A DNA stretch of 64,000 nucleotides, from positions 51,956,001 through 52,020,000 of the forward strand of contig NC_135819.1 of assembly GCF_964213995.1 (NCBI RefSeq), given 5' to 3'. Shown here piece after piece: positions 12,264-24,388 of this stretch; position 1 is the first letter of the stretch; every line of letters begins with the position of its first letter. The position numbers and the translations under genes are program-made. The notes below the pieces were generated by a model. It was not told the DNA's origin, made no database searches, and saw only the letters and a program-made list of their open reading frames with translations. Source of the stretch: Mustelus asterias (Eukaryota).

Positions 12264-13343
12264 GGGCCCTATTTTACCATTTTAATTCTAAGTGCTGGGC
12301 GGATTTGAAGCTGGGAGTGTTTCAGATCCAACTTTTAGACCCGTTCTCAGGCGCCCCAATACGCACTCTGCCTGACAAAATAACAGTGATTCTGAATCGC
12401 GCTGCAGAAGCCTGTGGGCAGGGCTTATTGTGCCTGAAACACTGCGGTTCCGATCGGAGCCTCCAACTGCACATGCGCAGTAAAACAAAAAGAAAAAATC
12501 TCCCCTGCCACATCGCGCCCGGGCCGGATAATGCCACCCCCTGGCCCCCACAGACATTGCCCACCCCCACAATATATATGACCTCCTCATCCCCCCACCC
12601 TCCCGCTACGCAGACCGATCACGGCCGTCTGCCCTCCCCCTCTGCCCCCAACCAATCACACATAGAGTGGCAGCAGACCCTCCCCTTACACCCCACCAAT
12701 CGCACACAGAGTGGCAGTGGACCCCCCCTTCCCCACCACCGATTGCACACAGAGTGGCAGTGGACTCACCCTGCCCCCCCCCCCCCCCCGGGAATGAGCC
12801 ATCTGACCTGACTCCCTCTCCCCCACCAGAGAGCCATCTGACCCGCTTCCCTCCCCCCACAGAAAGCCATCTGACACGCTTCCCTCCATCCCCCCACAAG
12901 AGCCATCTGACCTGCCTCTCTCCCCCCCCCACCACCAGAGAGCCATCTGACCTGCCTCCCACCCCTCCCCCACCACCGTTCTGAGTCAAAGAGCCACCAG
13001 AAGCTCTGAATCTACCTCCTCAGAAGCTGGAGCGCCCAAATTGGACCTTTGTGGGCCATGTCTGTTTCGCGCCGAATCTGGACGGGCGAATGCAGTGGCA
13101 AAGGGGGAAAGTGCCGGTAAGTTTGGACGTGCAGCCCATTAAGTCAATTTAAAAGCATGCAAATGCATTTAAATTGACGTCACGCCCATTCCGGCTGCAG
13201 TCCCGATGGTGGCCATTTTCAGCCATTGGTAAAGTGGGAACAGGTGCGGAGGCGGGCGTGGATTGCGCTACTCACCTCACACCTGACTTTACCAAGTTTT
13301 CCGCGCCCGAAAACGGGCTCAATTTGATGGTAAAATCGGGCCC
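12264..13343. mobile_element. Non-autonomous Harbinger-type element (~1.08 kb) with internal minisatellites
   Basis: TIRs gggccctattttaccat / atggtaaaatcgggccc; flanks gta/gga. Confidence 0.75.
12645..12975. repeat. Two adjacent C-rich minisatellites
   Basis: Three units with core agagtggcag (12660-12770), then five units with core agccatctgac (12795-12955), each followed by C tracts. Confidence 0.85.
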
Positions 13344-14554
13344 GGAATGTCAAACAGAAAGACATTTGACTGGCTTGAAGTAAAACTACAGCGCATCAAG
13401 CATACTAAATGAATTCTCAGTCTGGTGTTCGAAGTCCAATATTTTGAACAAAGACAAAGAGCAGCTACATACTGTACATGAAGTTCATTGTGACCCAAAT
13501 GAAAATTATATTTTTTTCTCTTGAAAATGGGCCAGCAAAGCCTCTGATTGAAGAGGCTCCCATCAGTCAGTGCAAATAACAAACATGTTACCTAAACAGG
13601 AAGGCACAGCGGAGCACGGTGAAAACCCAGAAAAAAAATTCATCTGCCAATGACTTTGCTCTGTGAATACTGGGACCGGTTAATTTCATTTGTGATTTCT
13701 ATTTTGTTGTTATGCATGAATGATCCTTATTTAAATGCTTCATTTTCTTTCGAGGAGGAAGATGTGTCGATATTGGCGTAACATTTGTAATAATGAAAGC
13801 TTCATGACCTTTATTGAAAAGGTACGGTTTGGAAGCACCGACGTCTCTCCTAGTTTATTGCGAACTACATGTAATAGCACGTGCCATGATACCCCGGTTT
13901 CCTTTGCCTATTAATCTTCACCATTCCCAGCATTTAAAACTATCCCCATGTTCTCCTGCTCTGCTTTGTTCCCTCCCTTGCTCAGGCTCAGTTTGATTGC
14001 TGCAGTTCCTACTTTGGTTCCTCCACTGAGGTTTGCCCTAATTGCTTCTCTCTATTCCTGTCCCAATACGGAGTCTGACATCCTCCAGCTCAAAACTTGC
14101 CCTTCCCACACAGTAGTACCTGATGCTGCAGGACATCCCTAGTATGTTATTAATAAGATATCTCTTCTGGTATAATGAATAAACTTTCTCCATTTATAAA
14201 ACAACGGACTTTACAAGTTTGGAGAAAAGTCTATTTTAATTAACCTCATTTGAAAATGTAAATTAGGTGAAGCCACAATAATTTATTCATATATGCTTCC
14301 TTTTAACAGTATGTTTCTAAACTTTATAAAGATAGGACGTGAGGGTTTTGAGCTTATATTCGAACTGACCTAGTTTGTTTGAGCAAGAAGCAGTTAGATG
14401 TAATCACAGACTTTCTTATATACTCCATTTAGCAAAATTAGCATTCTCTTTTTCTTTCCGAGGAATAGATTTTAGAGTGAGTACATCTGGGAGACCGAGT
14501 GCCACTATCAAAACAGAAATTGCAAGAAATGCTCAGAATGCCCAGGCTGAATGT

Positions 14555-15330
14555 TTTTTTTTTAATATTCATTCACAGGATGTGAGTGTCACACATAAAA
14601 CCTGCATTTATTGCCCATATAATTGTCCTTGAGAAGATGATAATGAGCCCCTCCTTCTCAAACTACTGTAATTGGTGTGGTGAAGGTAAACTCACAGGTC
14701 TTTGAGGTAGGTAGTTCTAAGACTTTTCAATGTTAGTGAAGGAATGGTGATGTAGTTCGAAGTCAGGATGACGAGTGATTGGAGGGGAACTTACGCTATA
14801 GTGCAGCATTACAGCTTGCGACATTCCCATGCACCTAGAATCATAGAATCATCAAATCCCTACAGTGCAGAAAGAGGCCATTCAGTCTTTGAGTCTGCAC
14901 TGATAACAATCCCACCCAGGTCCTATCCCCATAACTCCACATATTTACCCTGCTAATCTCCCTGAAACTAAGGGAGAGTTTAGCATAGCCAATCAACCTA
15001 ACCCGCACATCTTTGGAGTGTGGGAGAAAACTGGAGCACCTGAAGGAAACTCACACAGACATGGGGAGAATGTGCAAACTCCACGCAGACAGTTACCCGA
15101 GGCCAGAATTGAACCCAGGTCCCTGGCACTCTGAGTGCTAACCACTGTGCCACCATGCCACTCACAGTGCTATGTTTCTCTTCTAGTTTGCAGAGGACAC
15201 AGGTTTGGGAAGTGAAGAAGCCATGTTGAATTACTGCAGTGTATCTTGTAGATAGATGGTCAATGCTGCAGTCATGGTGGACCACTGGTAAAAGTTGAAG
15301 ATGAGGTGTCCATCATGTGGATAGTTTCCT
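14555..15330 (-). mobile_element. 3' end of the second CR1/L2-group LINE family, interrupted by an HE1 SINE (14836-15160)
   Basis: gcatttattgcccat..aattgtccttgagaag homologous to 53260-53450; HE1 head, core and tail inside. Confidence 0.7.
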
Positions 15331-15369
15331 CCTTGATGAAGTCAAGGTATCGAGTTCTGTTTTGAACAT

Positions 15370-16250
15370 GTTCAGTGATTGAGTTCCATAGCCTTCTAGG
15401 CATCCTAACACCTCTTAGTGAAGAAATTCCTCCTCATCTCAGTTTTAAATGATCTGTCCCTTATTCTGAACCTGTGCACCCCCTGGTTCTAGGCTTACCA
15501 GCCTGGGGAAATATCCGATCCACACTTATCCTGTCAGCCTTGTAAGACTATTGTAAGTTTCAGTGAGATCAAAACTCGACAGAATAAGGCCCAATTTCCT
15601 CAATTGTGCCTCATAAGACAATCCTGCTATGAATGGTGTACTGTAATGACTTTAATCAGGCAATTGAGGTGGGCCTGTTTGAATATGAACTCCCTGATTA
15701 AGGGCCAAATTGATGTTCCAATCAGAGAGCCCCATGTTCTGTACTTAAACAGGAGTGCCAGTTCCTCTGGCACTCTGTGGGGAGACTGCATACTGACAGC
15801 AATCTGTATAATGTAGGTGGATCTTGTAAATAAAGGAATTTAGTGAAGAGACATTCATCTCCGAGGACTTATTACATGCACCTCTGCTGCACTCCCTCTA
15901 AGGCACAAAAGGAGGCCAAAACTGTACACAATGTTCCAGGTGTGGTCTCGACAAGGCTCTATACAATTGCAGAACAAAATCATTACTCCTGCACTCAAAT
16001 CCTCTTGCAAGCGAAAGTTAACATATCATTTGACTTTCTAATTGCATGCTAACTTTTAGTGACTCATGAACAAGGACACCCAGGTCTCTTTGGATACCCA
16101 CAAGTGGATAACCATGAATGGATACCAAAGTGGATAACTTCACACTTATTCACTTATCTGCCATATTCATTTCCATTCACTTAGCTTGTCCAAATTCCCC
16201 TAAGCCTTCTTGCATCCTCCACACAACTTATATTTCCACCTAGTTTTGTT
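15370..16250 (-). mobile_element. Old CR1 ORF2 3' fragment, split by a solo LTR
   Basis: gtgaagaaattcctcctcatctcagttttaaat and caaggacacccaggtctctt are reverse-complement CR1 ORF2 motifs. Confidence 0.8.
15642..15876 (+). mobile_element. Solo LTR (235 bp)
   Basis: Termini TGTAAT...ATTACA, internal ccaat, tacttaaa and aataaa, flanked by 5-bp tgtac/tgcac; interrupts a CR1 copy. Confidence 0.75.
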
Positions 16251-16381
16251 GCTCAAGGGTGTCCTGCAAAGCCTTTGCAGCCTTCCCCATTGAAGGTCAG
16301 TGACTTACTGCCAACTATGTGACCGTCATTGAGGTAGCACAGCATAGGAGCACTAGGTCTTGCAAAAACTTCTATAAGACA

Positions 16382-16592
16382 TGATGTGGAGATGCAGGCA
16401 TTGGACTGGGGTGGGTACAGTAAGAAGTCTCACAACACCAGGTTAAAGTCCAACAGGTTTATTTGGAATCATGAGCTTTTGGAGCGCTGCTCCTTCATCA
16501 GGTGAGTGACTCACATGATAAGGAGCAGCGCTCCGAAAGCTTGTGGTTCCAAATAAACCTGTTGGACTTTAACCTGGTATTGTGAGACTTTT
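16382..16592 (-). mobile_element. Palindromic Penelope-like insertion with two back-to-back degenerate hammerheads
   Basis: Near-perfect palindrome ~16424-16591 centred on gtgagt-g-actcac (16508); 12-bp TSD ttctataagaca (16370-16381 / 16593-16604). Confidence 0.88.
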
Positions 16593-16619
16593 TTCTATAA
16601 GACAAGCATCAAAGGAAGC

Positions 16620-17355
16620 ATCTAAATGGTGAAAGATTGTAGATCTCTAAGGTGCAAAGGGATCTGGATGTTGTATGAGGAATCACAAAAGGCAGGTACA
16701 GGTACGAAAGGCGCAGGTACAGCAAGTCATTAGGAAAGCTAATAGAATGTTATCATTTATTGTCGGGAGAATTGATGACAAAAGTAGGGAGGGAGGTTCT
16801 ATTTCAGTTGTACAGGGTATTGGTGAGACTACATCTGGAGTAATGTGTTCAGTATTGGTCTCCTTATTTAAGGAAAGACATAAATGCTTAAGAAGTAATT
16901 CAGTGAATGTTTGCTAGACTAAGACCAGGAATGGGTGGCTTGTCTTGTAAGGAAAAGTTGGAGAAGTTAGGTTTGTGTCCATGAGACACAAGAGTAAGAG
17001 GCAAGAGTAAGAGGCAACTTTATTAAAACCTGAGGAATATTGACAGGGTGGATGTGGAGAGGATGTGTCCTCTTATCAGAGAATCTAGAACTAGGGGTCA
17101 CTGTTTGAAAATAAGGGGTTGCTGATTTAGACAGAGAGAGGGAGAAGCTTTTACTTATTTCTCTGGAACTCTCTTCCTCAAAAGGCAATGGAAGTTGAGA
17201 CTGAATATTTTAGAGGCAGAGCTAGATAGATTCTTGATTAACAAGGGGGTCAAAGGTTATCGGTGTAAGCAAGAATTGGGGTTAAAGTCACAATCATATC
17301 AGCCATGAACGTATCGAATGGTGGAGCGGGCTCAATGGGCGAAGTTCCTGATTTG
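16620..17355 (+). mobile_element. Old CR1 ORF2 3' fragment
   Basis: QVQQVIRKANRMLSFI; agaactaggggtcactgtttgaaaataagggg; decayed 3' UTR. Confidence 0.85.
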
Positions 17356-17589
17356 TATGAACAACAATGTTTAGTTGACTTTTGTATGGACTATTGGGTG
17401 GCTCGCTTCATAAGGCTGGCTTATAATAGCTCTTATTTCACTATTATGGTCAAGAGGATGATCTGTGACAGCAGGAAGGTGAGGGTATGGAACTATTGTT
17501 GAATAAGGAATTTGGGCTATCTTTATTGTATTACTGTCGGATAAGCCATTCACCACCCTGCCAGAAAAGGGATGTGCTGGAAGGCACCT

Positions 17590-18510
17590 CCTTTTCCAAC
17601 TCAGTGACTCCCTCATGATGGCAAAATCCTGCAGAATATAACAGACCATGCTCTGGCTAGACCTCAGGGCAGCAATGGAAGAGTTACTTAAGCACCTAAT
17701 TCTCTGTTTCAGCTCTGATGAAGGGTCATCCCGACTCAAAACGTTGGCTCAATTCTATCTCCACAGATGCTGCCAGACCTGCTGAGATTTTCCATTATTT
17801 TCTGTTTTTGTTTCAGATTCCAGCATCCACAGCATTTTGCCTTTATCTCTGTTTGATGTTGTTTCATGTGGTAATCTCTGCATATGCACTCTGTCTAAAT
17901 ATGGTTTAATTGCATACTAGAAGAGCCAGATCAGTACCTAGACTGTGTCACCAATCAGGCATCCTCTATTTTAATGCAGCAGTTCAAATACTGATGAAAC
18001 GCACATAGAACAAAGCCGTTTAGACTGCAGTGAGGAAGTGCTGAGCAACTTCCTACTGCACATTCAGTGAGTGGGACACTCCACCTCGATATTCTCTCGA
18101 TAATCAGATAGAAAGCAAAGTATCAATCACCTCACTTATTCAACAGTGGATAGCAAACTGGGAGATGTTTTCTGCTCTGATCTGGAAAGATTTGGATGGA
18201 AAGAAAATGATCACCAAGTCAGCAACTTATCAGCCATACCTTTGTCTTGCTCAGGGGCTGCAGGTCTGCTGTAGATGGCAGAAATCAATGAGCTGCTGCA
18301 TGGTAAAATGGAGATGTCGCATACTGCTCCTTGCTGAGGTCACGGTATCTGGAACACTCTATGAAGACGCTGGATGGATAACGTCTCCTGCTGAGCATCT
18401 TTCTAGCTCCTCCTCCTCCACCCACCACTTGCTCTTCTTTGTGTTGCCTCTGCCCCATCTCCTGTAAGGCTGTGGGCCAAAGTGGGTTGATGGTGGCCAC
18501 AGCACCCATA
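17590..18510 (-). pseudogene. Harbinger (HARBI1-like DDE) transposase fossil
   Basis: Collinear minus-strand fragments: RRRYP..LSKEQ / RHLHFTMQQLIDFCHL / ISQFAIHC*ISEVIDTL / HSLNVQ / GCLIGD / LKQRIRCL..VCYILQDFAIMR, with many stops and frameshifts. Confidence 0.7.
17710..17850 (+). mobile_element. Second Penelope-like pLTR fragment with a degenerate hammerhead
   Basis: CTGATGAagggtcatcccgactc-AAAA-cgtt (G of GAAA mutated), then ctccacagatgctgccagacctgctgag..ttcagattccagcatc; homologous to 28677-28906 (-). Confidence 0.65.
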
Positions 18511-18556
18511 AATGGGGACGAGTGGCCTGAGTAGAACTCTTGAAATCAGACCAAGA

Positions 18557-18876
18557 CGGGGCGGCACGGTGGCACAATGGTTAGCACTGCTGCCTCACAA
18601 TGCCAGGGACTCAGGTTTGACTCCCAGCTTGGATCACTATCTGTACGGAGTCTGCACATTCTCTCCCGTGTCTGTGTGGGTTTCCTCCGGGTGCTCCGGT
18701 TTCCTCCCAAAGTCCGAAAGACGTGCTGGTTAGATGCATTGGCCATGCTAAATTCTCCCCTCAGTGTACCCGAACAGGCGCTGGAGTGTGGCAACTAGGG
18801 GAATTTCACAGTAATCTCATTGCAGTGTTAATGTAAGCCTATTTGTGACACTAATAAATAAACTTTAAACTTTAAA
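18557..18876 (+). mobile_element. HE1-type SINE, alternative tail
   Basis: ggggcggcacggtggcacaatggttagc ... gtgacactaataaataaactttaaacttt. Confidence 0.92.
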
Positions 18877-19404
18877 GACCTTCAGTACAAGCAACACCAT
18901 TCCTTGCCGACTTCACCAACTGTAAATAGTACTTTAAAATAGAGAGCTCACAGCACTTCTCCCAACTGTAGGAGAACCAGTGGAAATCAATTAACAACAA
19001 ACCTCAAATTGACTGATGATCCCTTCAAATAGCACTGGTTGGGGTGGGGGTGCTGGGGGTTTGGGGGGGTCTTTCCTGCTGCTATATGCATTGTCAAGAA
19101 ATCAACATCATTTGCCAACTGATTTTGGAATCTGAATACTCTTGTTACATGCTCCTAATACCTGTTCTAATGTCCTCACCAAAACAGCACCCCAGCATTC
19201 GCTGCACTGGAAGTGGGAGCTGATAGCATGGTCAGCATGTTCATATCAAACCATCACTCGTAGCATTGAACTGGCGATTGTTACAAAGCCCAACTTTCTG
19301 CTCAGTGGTCTCTTAGTAATTGATTAATCTCTGCCTTCGGCCTCCTACACTATTCTAATGAAACTTACAGGTAGCATGAGGAATAACGCTTTAAATTTTC
19401 AACA

Positions 19405-19520
19405 AAACCCATGCAGACATGGGGAGAATGTGCAAGCTCCGCACACACAGTGACCCAAGCCGGGTATCGAACCCAGGTCCCCTGGTGCTGTGAGACAGCA
19501 GTGCTAACTACTGTGCCCCA
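19405..19520 (-). mobile_element. HE1-type SINE head fragment
   Basis: A and B boxes plus the start of the core. Confidence 0.8.
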
Positions 19521-19885
19521 ATGCTATGGGGTTGAAGGAGATTTCCAGTCATCTTCATTCTCAGTTCTCCCTAAAAGCCAATCCAATTGACACAATGCAC
19601 CATAAGGAGATATTGGGGTAGTCTGGTGACTGAGTTGTATTCTTAGATTTGGAATAATTTAATAATTTCAAAGCTTTCTCAGTACATGGATGAATATATA
19701 CAAGTAGTATGGCTTGTTCGTCAGCTAAATAAAAGATGCAAAGAGACTGCATAGAGCTACCTTGAGTGGGTTTATCTGGAAGAGGAATAAAAGAATTTAA
19801 GGGGTTGGTGGTCCCACTCAGAGTTCCAAAATCCCATTCTAGCCCCTTTTCCTTTTGAACATTAACAGTAAAATAGGCAATTTGT

Positions 19886-20217
19886 GGGCGGTACGGTGGC
19901 ACAGTGGTTAGCACTGCTGCCTCACAGCGTCAGGGACCCAGGTTCAATTCCGGCCTCAGGTGACTGTCTGTTTGGAGTTTACGTGTTTTCCCCATGTCTG
20001 CATAGGTTTCCTCCGGGTGTTCTGGTTTCCTCCCACAGTCCAAAGATGTGCAGGTTAGGTTGATTGGCCGTGTTAGATTGCCCCTTAGTGTCAGGGGGAT
20101 GAGCAGGGTAAATACGGGGGGTGACAGTGATAGGGCCTGGGTGGGATTGTTGTCAGTGCAGACTCGATGGACCAAAGACCTCCTTCCGCACTGTAAGAAT
20201 TCTGTTCTATGATTCTA
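19886..20217 (+). mobile_element. HE1-type SINE, CR1/HER1-type tail
   Basis: Full length, ending ttctatgattcta. Confidence 0.9.
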
Positions 20218-20299
20218 ATTTATCTTCCCTCTCCCTCATATACAGAAGTAATTTTATTTGTCGATCAAATTTATTTGTCGACCACTTTATTTGTCTATT

Positions 20300-21862
20300 G
20301 CTCTGGATGAACCTGTATCTGGGGTCACCATTGTAGATGTCAGAGCAGCTTTCTCGAAGGTCAACCTACGGAAAGCGACTGGCCTGGATGGGGTACCCGG
20401 ACTTGCACTCAGATCCTGTGTGAATCAGCTGGCGGGAGTATTCGCAGACATCTTCAACGTCTCTTTACAACAATCTGAGGTCCCTATCGGCTTCAAGAAG
20501 ATGACCATCATCCCGGTACCTAAGGAAAACCAAGCAGAGTGCCTTAATGACTATCGGCCAGTGGCTCTGACATCCATCATTATGAAGTGCTTCTAAAGGT
20601 TAGTCATGGCACGAATCAATTCCAGACTCCCGGACTACCTGGATCCAGTACAGTTTGCCTATCACCGCAACAGGCGCACAGCAGACACCATCTCCCTGGC
20701 CCTGCACTCAACCCTGGAACACCTAGATGATAAGGGCACCTATGTCAGACTCCTATTTATTGACTACAGCTCAGCCTTCAACACCATTATTCCCACAAAA
20801 CTCATCTCCAAACTCCGTGGCCTGGACCTCAGCTCCTCCCTCTGCGACTGGATCCTGAATTTCCTAACTCACAGACCACAATCAGTAAGGATAGGCAACA
20901 ACACCTCTCCATGATCATCCTCAATGCTGGTGCCCCACAAGGCTGTGTTCTCAGCCCTCTACTATACACCTTATACACCTATGACAGTGTGGCCGAATTC
21001 CCTTCCAATTCCATTTTCAAGTTTGCTGACACCACCACCGTAGTGGGTCGAATCTCAAACAATGACGCGACAGAGTACAGGAATGAGATCGAGAATCAAG
21101 TGAACTGGTGCAGGAACAATAATCTCTCCCTCAATGCCAACAAAACAAAGGAGATTGTCATTGACTTCAAGAAGCGTAAAGGAGAACATGCCGCTGTCTA
21201 CATCAATGGGGATGAAGTAGAAAAGGTCGAGAGCTTCATGTGAGAGGTGTCGAGATCACCAACAACCTGTCCTGGTCCCCCCATGCTGACACTATAGTTA
21301 AGAAAGCCCACCAACGCTTCTACTTTCTCAGAAGACCACAGAAATTTGGCATGTCAGCTACGACTCTCACCAACTTTTACAGATGCATCATAGAAAGCAT
21401 TCTTTCTGGTTGTATCACAGCTTGGTATGGCTCCTGCTCTGCCCAAGACTGCAAGGAACTACAAAAGGTCATGAATGTAGACCAATCCATCACGCAAACC
21501 AGCCTCCCATCCATTGACCCTGTCTACACTTCCCTCGGCAAAGCAGCCAGCATAATTAAGGATCCCACGCACCCGGGACGTTCTCTCTTCCACCTTCTTC
21601 CATCAGGAAAAAGATGCAAAAGACTGAGGGTCACATACCTACTGACTCAAGAACAGTTTCTTCCCTGCTGCTTTCAGACTTTTGAATGGACTTACCTTGC
21701 ATAAGTTGATTTTTCTCTACACCCTCGCTATGACTGTAACACTACATTCTGCACTCGTTTCCTTCTCTATGAACGGTATGTTTTGTCTGTATAGCACGCA
21801 AGAAACAATACTTTTCACTGTATGTTAATACATGTGACAATAATAAATCAAATCAAATCAAA
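20300..21862 (+). mobile_element. Rex1/Babar-clade LINE, 5'-truncated RT pseudogene
   Basis: [75 protein letters not shown]; broken by stops and frameshifts; tail aataaatcaaatcaaatcaaa. Confidence 0.9.
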
Positions 21863-22814
21863 TTCTTTGAGGAAAAATGGCACCACAAGGGAAACCATTT
21901 AAATAAGACAATCAATCAACCCTTCGGGCCAAGGATGATTTTTTCTGTTAACATATTGACATTCCCCCCGCCCCCCCCCCCCCCCCCCCCCGAGCCCACC
22001 ATGAAAAGGCAGAACCTAATGTCTGAGCAAGTTTTACTCCATTGATTTCAACACCAGCTATAAACATATCAGAAATCCTGGATAACTCTGTCTCATCCTG
22101 GAAACCCAGATACAAACTGAGAATGTCGCCTGGCTTTTTGATAGATTTATCCAACTGAGAGATCAGATGGCCTACTCTTGCACCTAGTTCATATGTTCTC
22201 ATGTTCTATGTTTCTGCTACAGTAAAAGTACATATGGCGGATTTTATATCCATGTATCCTAACATCCCATCCCTTTTTTATGACCAAATTTGTGTGATTC
22301 CTGCTTTCAATTTACATGCTTATTCAAAATCCAATTTAAACAAGACAGTATATTTTCATTATTAGATAGATTGTGATTAGGAAGACAATTGGAGTTGATG
22401 AATAATCATTTTGCCGCCAAAATTCCAGCACCTTAATTTTGAAGAGACTATATCTATTCTTCCATAGCCCCTATGAGTTAGAGTGTTGGAATTTTTCACT
22501 TCTACTTTTATAAAGCAGCCTCCAGGCAATATTTTTTTTTAAAGATTTTGGAAAAATTAATAATCAATAATCTTAATCTTTATGCTGTGCTCTTGGTGTC
22601 TAACGCATGATACATTGGGGATACTACAGTTACCACAGTGACAGGTTTCCTCCTACAACCCACATCTTTTACAGATCACATTTGATGTTACCTCATCACT
22701 CAACATCTGTCCTCTTTTCCACTTTGCTTCCGTCCTATACCATTGGCTAAGATCTTTCTCCCAAGTTGATAAATCGTAATCTCTTGAGAAAAATGTAAAT
22801 ATATCAGTAACTTG

Positions 22815-23180
22815 GTGGGTGGCATGGTGGCACAGTGGTTAGCACTGCTGCCTCACAGGAACCCGGGTTTGAATCCAGCCTCGGGTGACTATCTGTGCGG
22901 AGTCTGCACGTTCTCCCCGTGTCTGTGTGGATTTCCTCTGGGCGCTCCGGTTTCCTCCCCCACTCCAACGATGTGAAGGCTAGGTGGATCGGACATGCTA
23001 AGCTGGCCCTTAGTGTCCGAAATTATGGAGGATTACCATGGTGAACACGTGGGATTACAGGGGTAGGGCGGGGTGGGGGGTGGGGGGGGAGTTGGGCATG
23101 GGTGAGATGTTCTTTTTGAGAGTCCATGCAGATGCAATGGGCCGAATGGCCTCCTTCTGCACTGTAAGGATTCTATGGTT
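22815..23180 (+). mobile_element. HE1-type SINE, CR1/HER1-type tail
   Basis: Head, core and tail gggccgaatggcctccttctgcactgtaaggattctatg. Confidence 0.9.
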
Positions 23181-24083
23181 ATAACCTAGTCAAAACAAAA
23201 AACTAGTGCCAGCTCAAAATAAGATTTCACCCTCAACGTGTTCTCGGGCGGCGTGTCATTTCCAGGAGAGTGAGGGGAGGAAAAGTGAATGATGTGCTCA
23301 TCGCAATGAGGCTGGGGTTGTCAGAGTTACAGAATAGAAAATGTTTCCATTATTGATAGCCAGTGTCAACATCAAATGCTTCAAGATCAAGCGTAGCCAG
23401 GGCCAGAGAAAGTATTGTACCTCAGCAATGTCACTGAGTGTAACAAAACTCCCTACAGGATTGGGTTGATTCTCTTCCTCACATTAGCAATTTTGTGCTA
23501 ATTTCTATCTTATTGTAAGCACTTTTTCTCAAGATAAACTTTACATGTCAGAAATTCTCATCATTTCATCCTGTGATGTACTCAACAAATCCTAAAAAAA
23601 TAATGACAGGCTGCGAATTCACTGTACCAACCAGCCCCTTGGGAATATATATTTACTAACTGGTGCATCTTGCATATTTTAAATAGGACATTTTAGTAAT
23701 AATTTGTTATTATTATACAACTTAATAAATACAGCTCTTTTTAATGGTAATAATGTATTAACTTGCGAATATACCCTCTAGAATTTGTAAATTAATATCA
23801 GTGTCAATGTATATACATAATTGTTTGACAGTGTTGATGCTGATCCCACTACTGACAGTTACTGCTCATGTTCTTTGCTATGTTACATAAGTCAACATGA
23901 TTACATGTAAACATGTAAACGGTTTACATGATTATTCAACTCCTTGGTGCAAAGCTGGAGAACTTCTCACACATCGCCTGCTTCAGCTGAGGCTGATGTT
24001 AATCGCTAGGCCTCATCAACATTCTACTGACCTGCCACCCACCCAAAATGAAAAGAGGTAGTATGATGGTTGCTGGCAGGTGA

Positions 24084-24388
24084 AGTTTAAGTTTATTTAT
24101 TAGTGTCACAGGTAGTCTTACATGAACACCGCAATGAAGTTATTGTGAAAATCCCCTAGTTGCCACACTCCAGTGGCAGGTACACTGAAGGAGAATTTAG
24201 CATGGCCAATGCACCTAACCAGTATGTCTTTTGGACTGTGGGAGGAAACCAGAGCACTCGGAGGAAACCCACGCAGATATGGGGAGAACGTGCAAACTCC
24301 ACACAGACAGTGACCCATGCCGGGAATCGAACCCGGGTTTCTGGTGTTGTGAGGCAGCAGTGCTAACCACTGTGTCTCCGTGCCACCC
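24084..24388 (-). mobile_element. HE1-type SINE, alternative tail
   Basis: Full length on the minus strand. Confidence 0.9.

Noticed and set aside
12645-12975. CRISPR-like repeat-spacer array
   Set aside because: Spacers are related C-rich tracts, the context is vertebrate and there are no cas genes; it is a minisatellite.
14440-14483. Possible micro-exon (pyrimidine tract, gag|GAATAGATTTTAGA|gtgagt) reading GIDFR like a small-GTPase motif
   Set aside because: 14 nt, weak GAG acceptor and no partner exons in the window.
20253-20295. Triple tttatttgtc repeat next to the Rex 5' junction
   Set aside because: Short slippage-type repeat; no matching TSD at the 3' end and no evidence of function.
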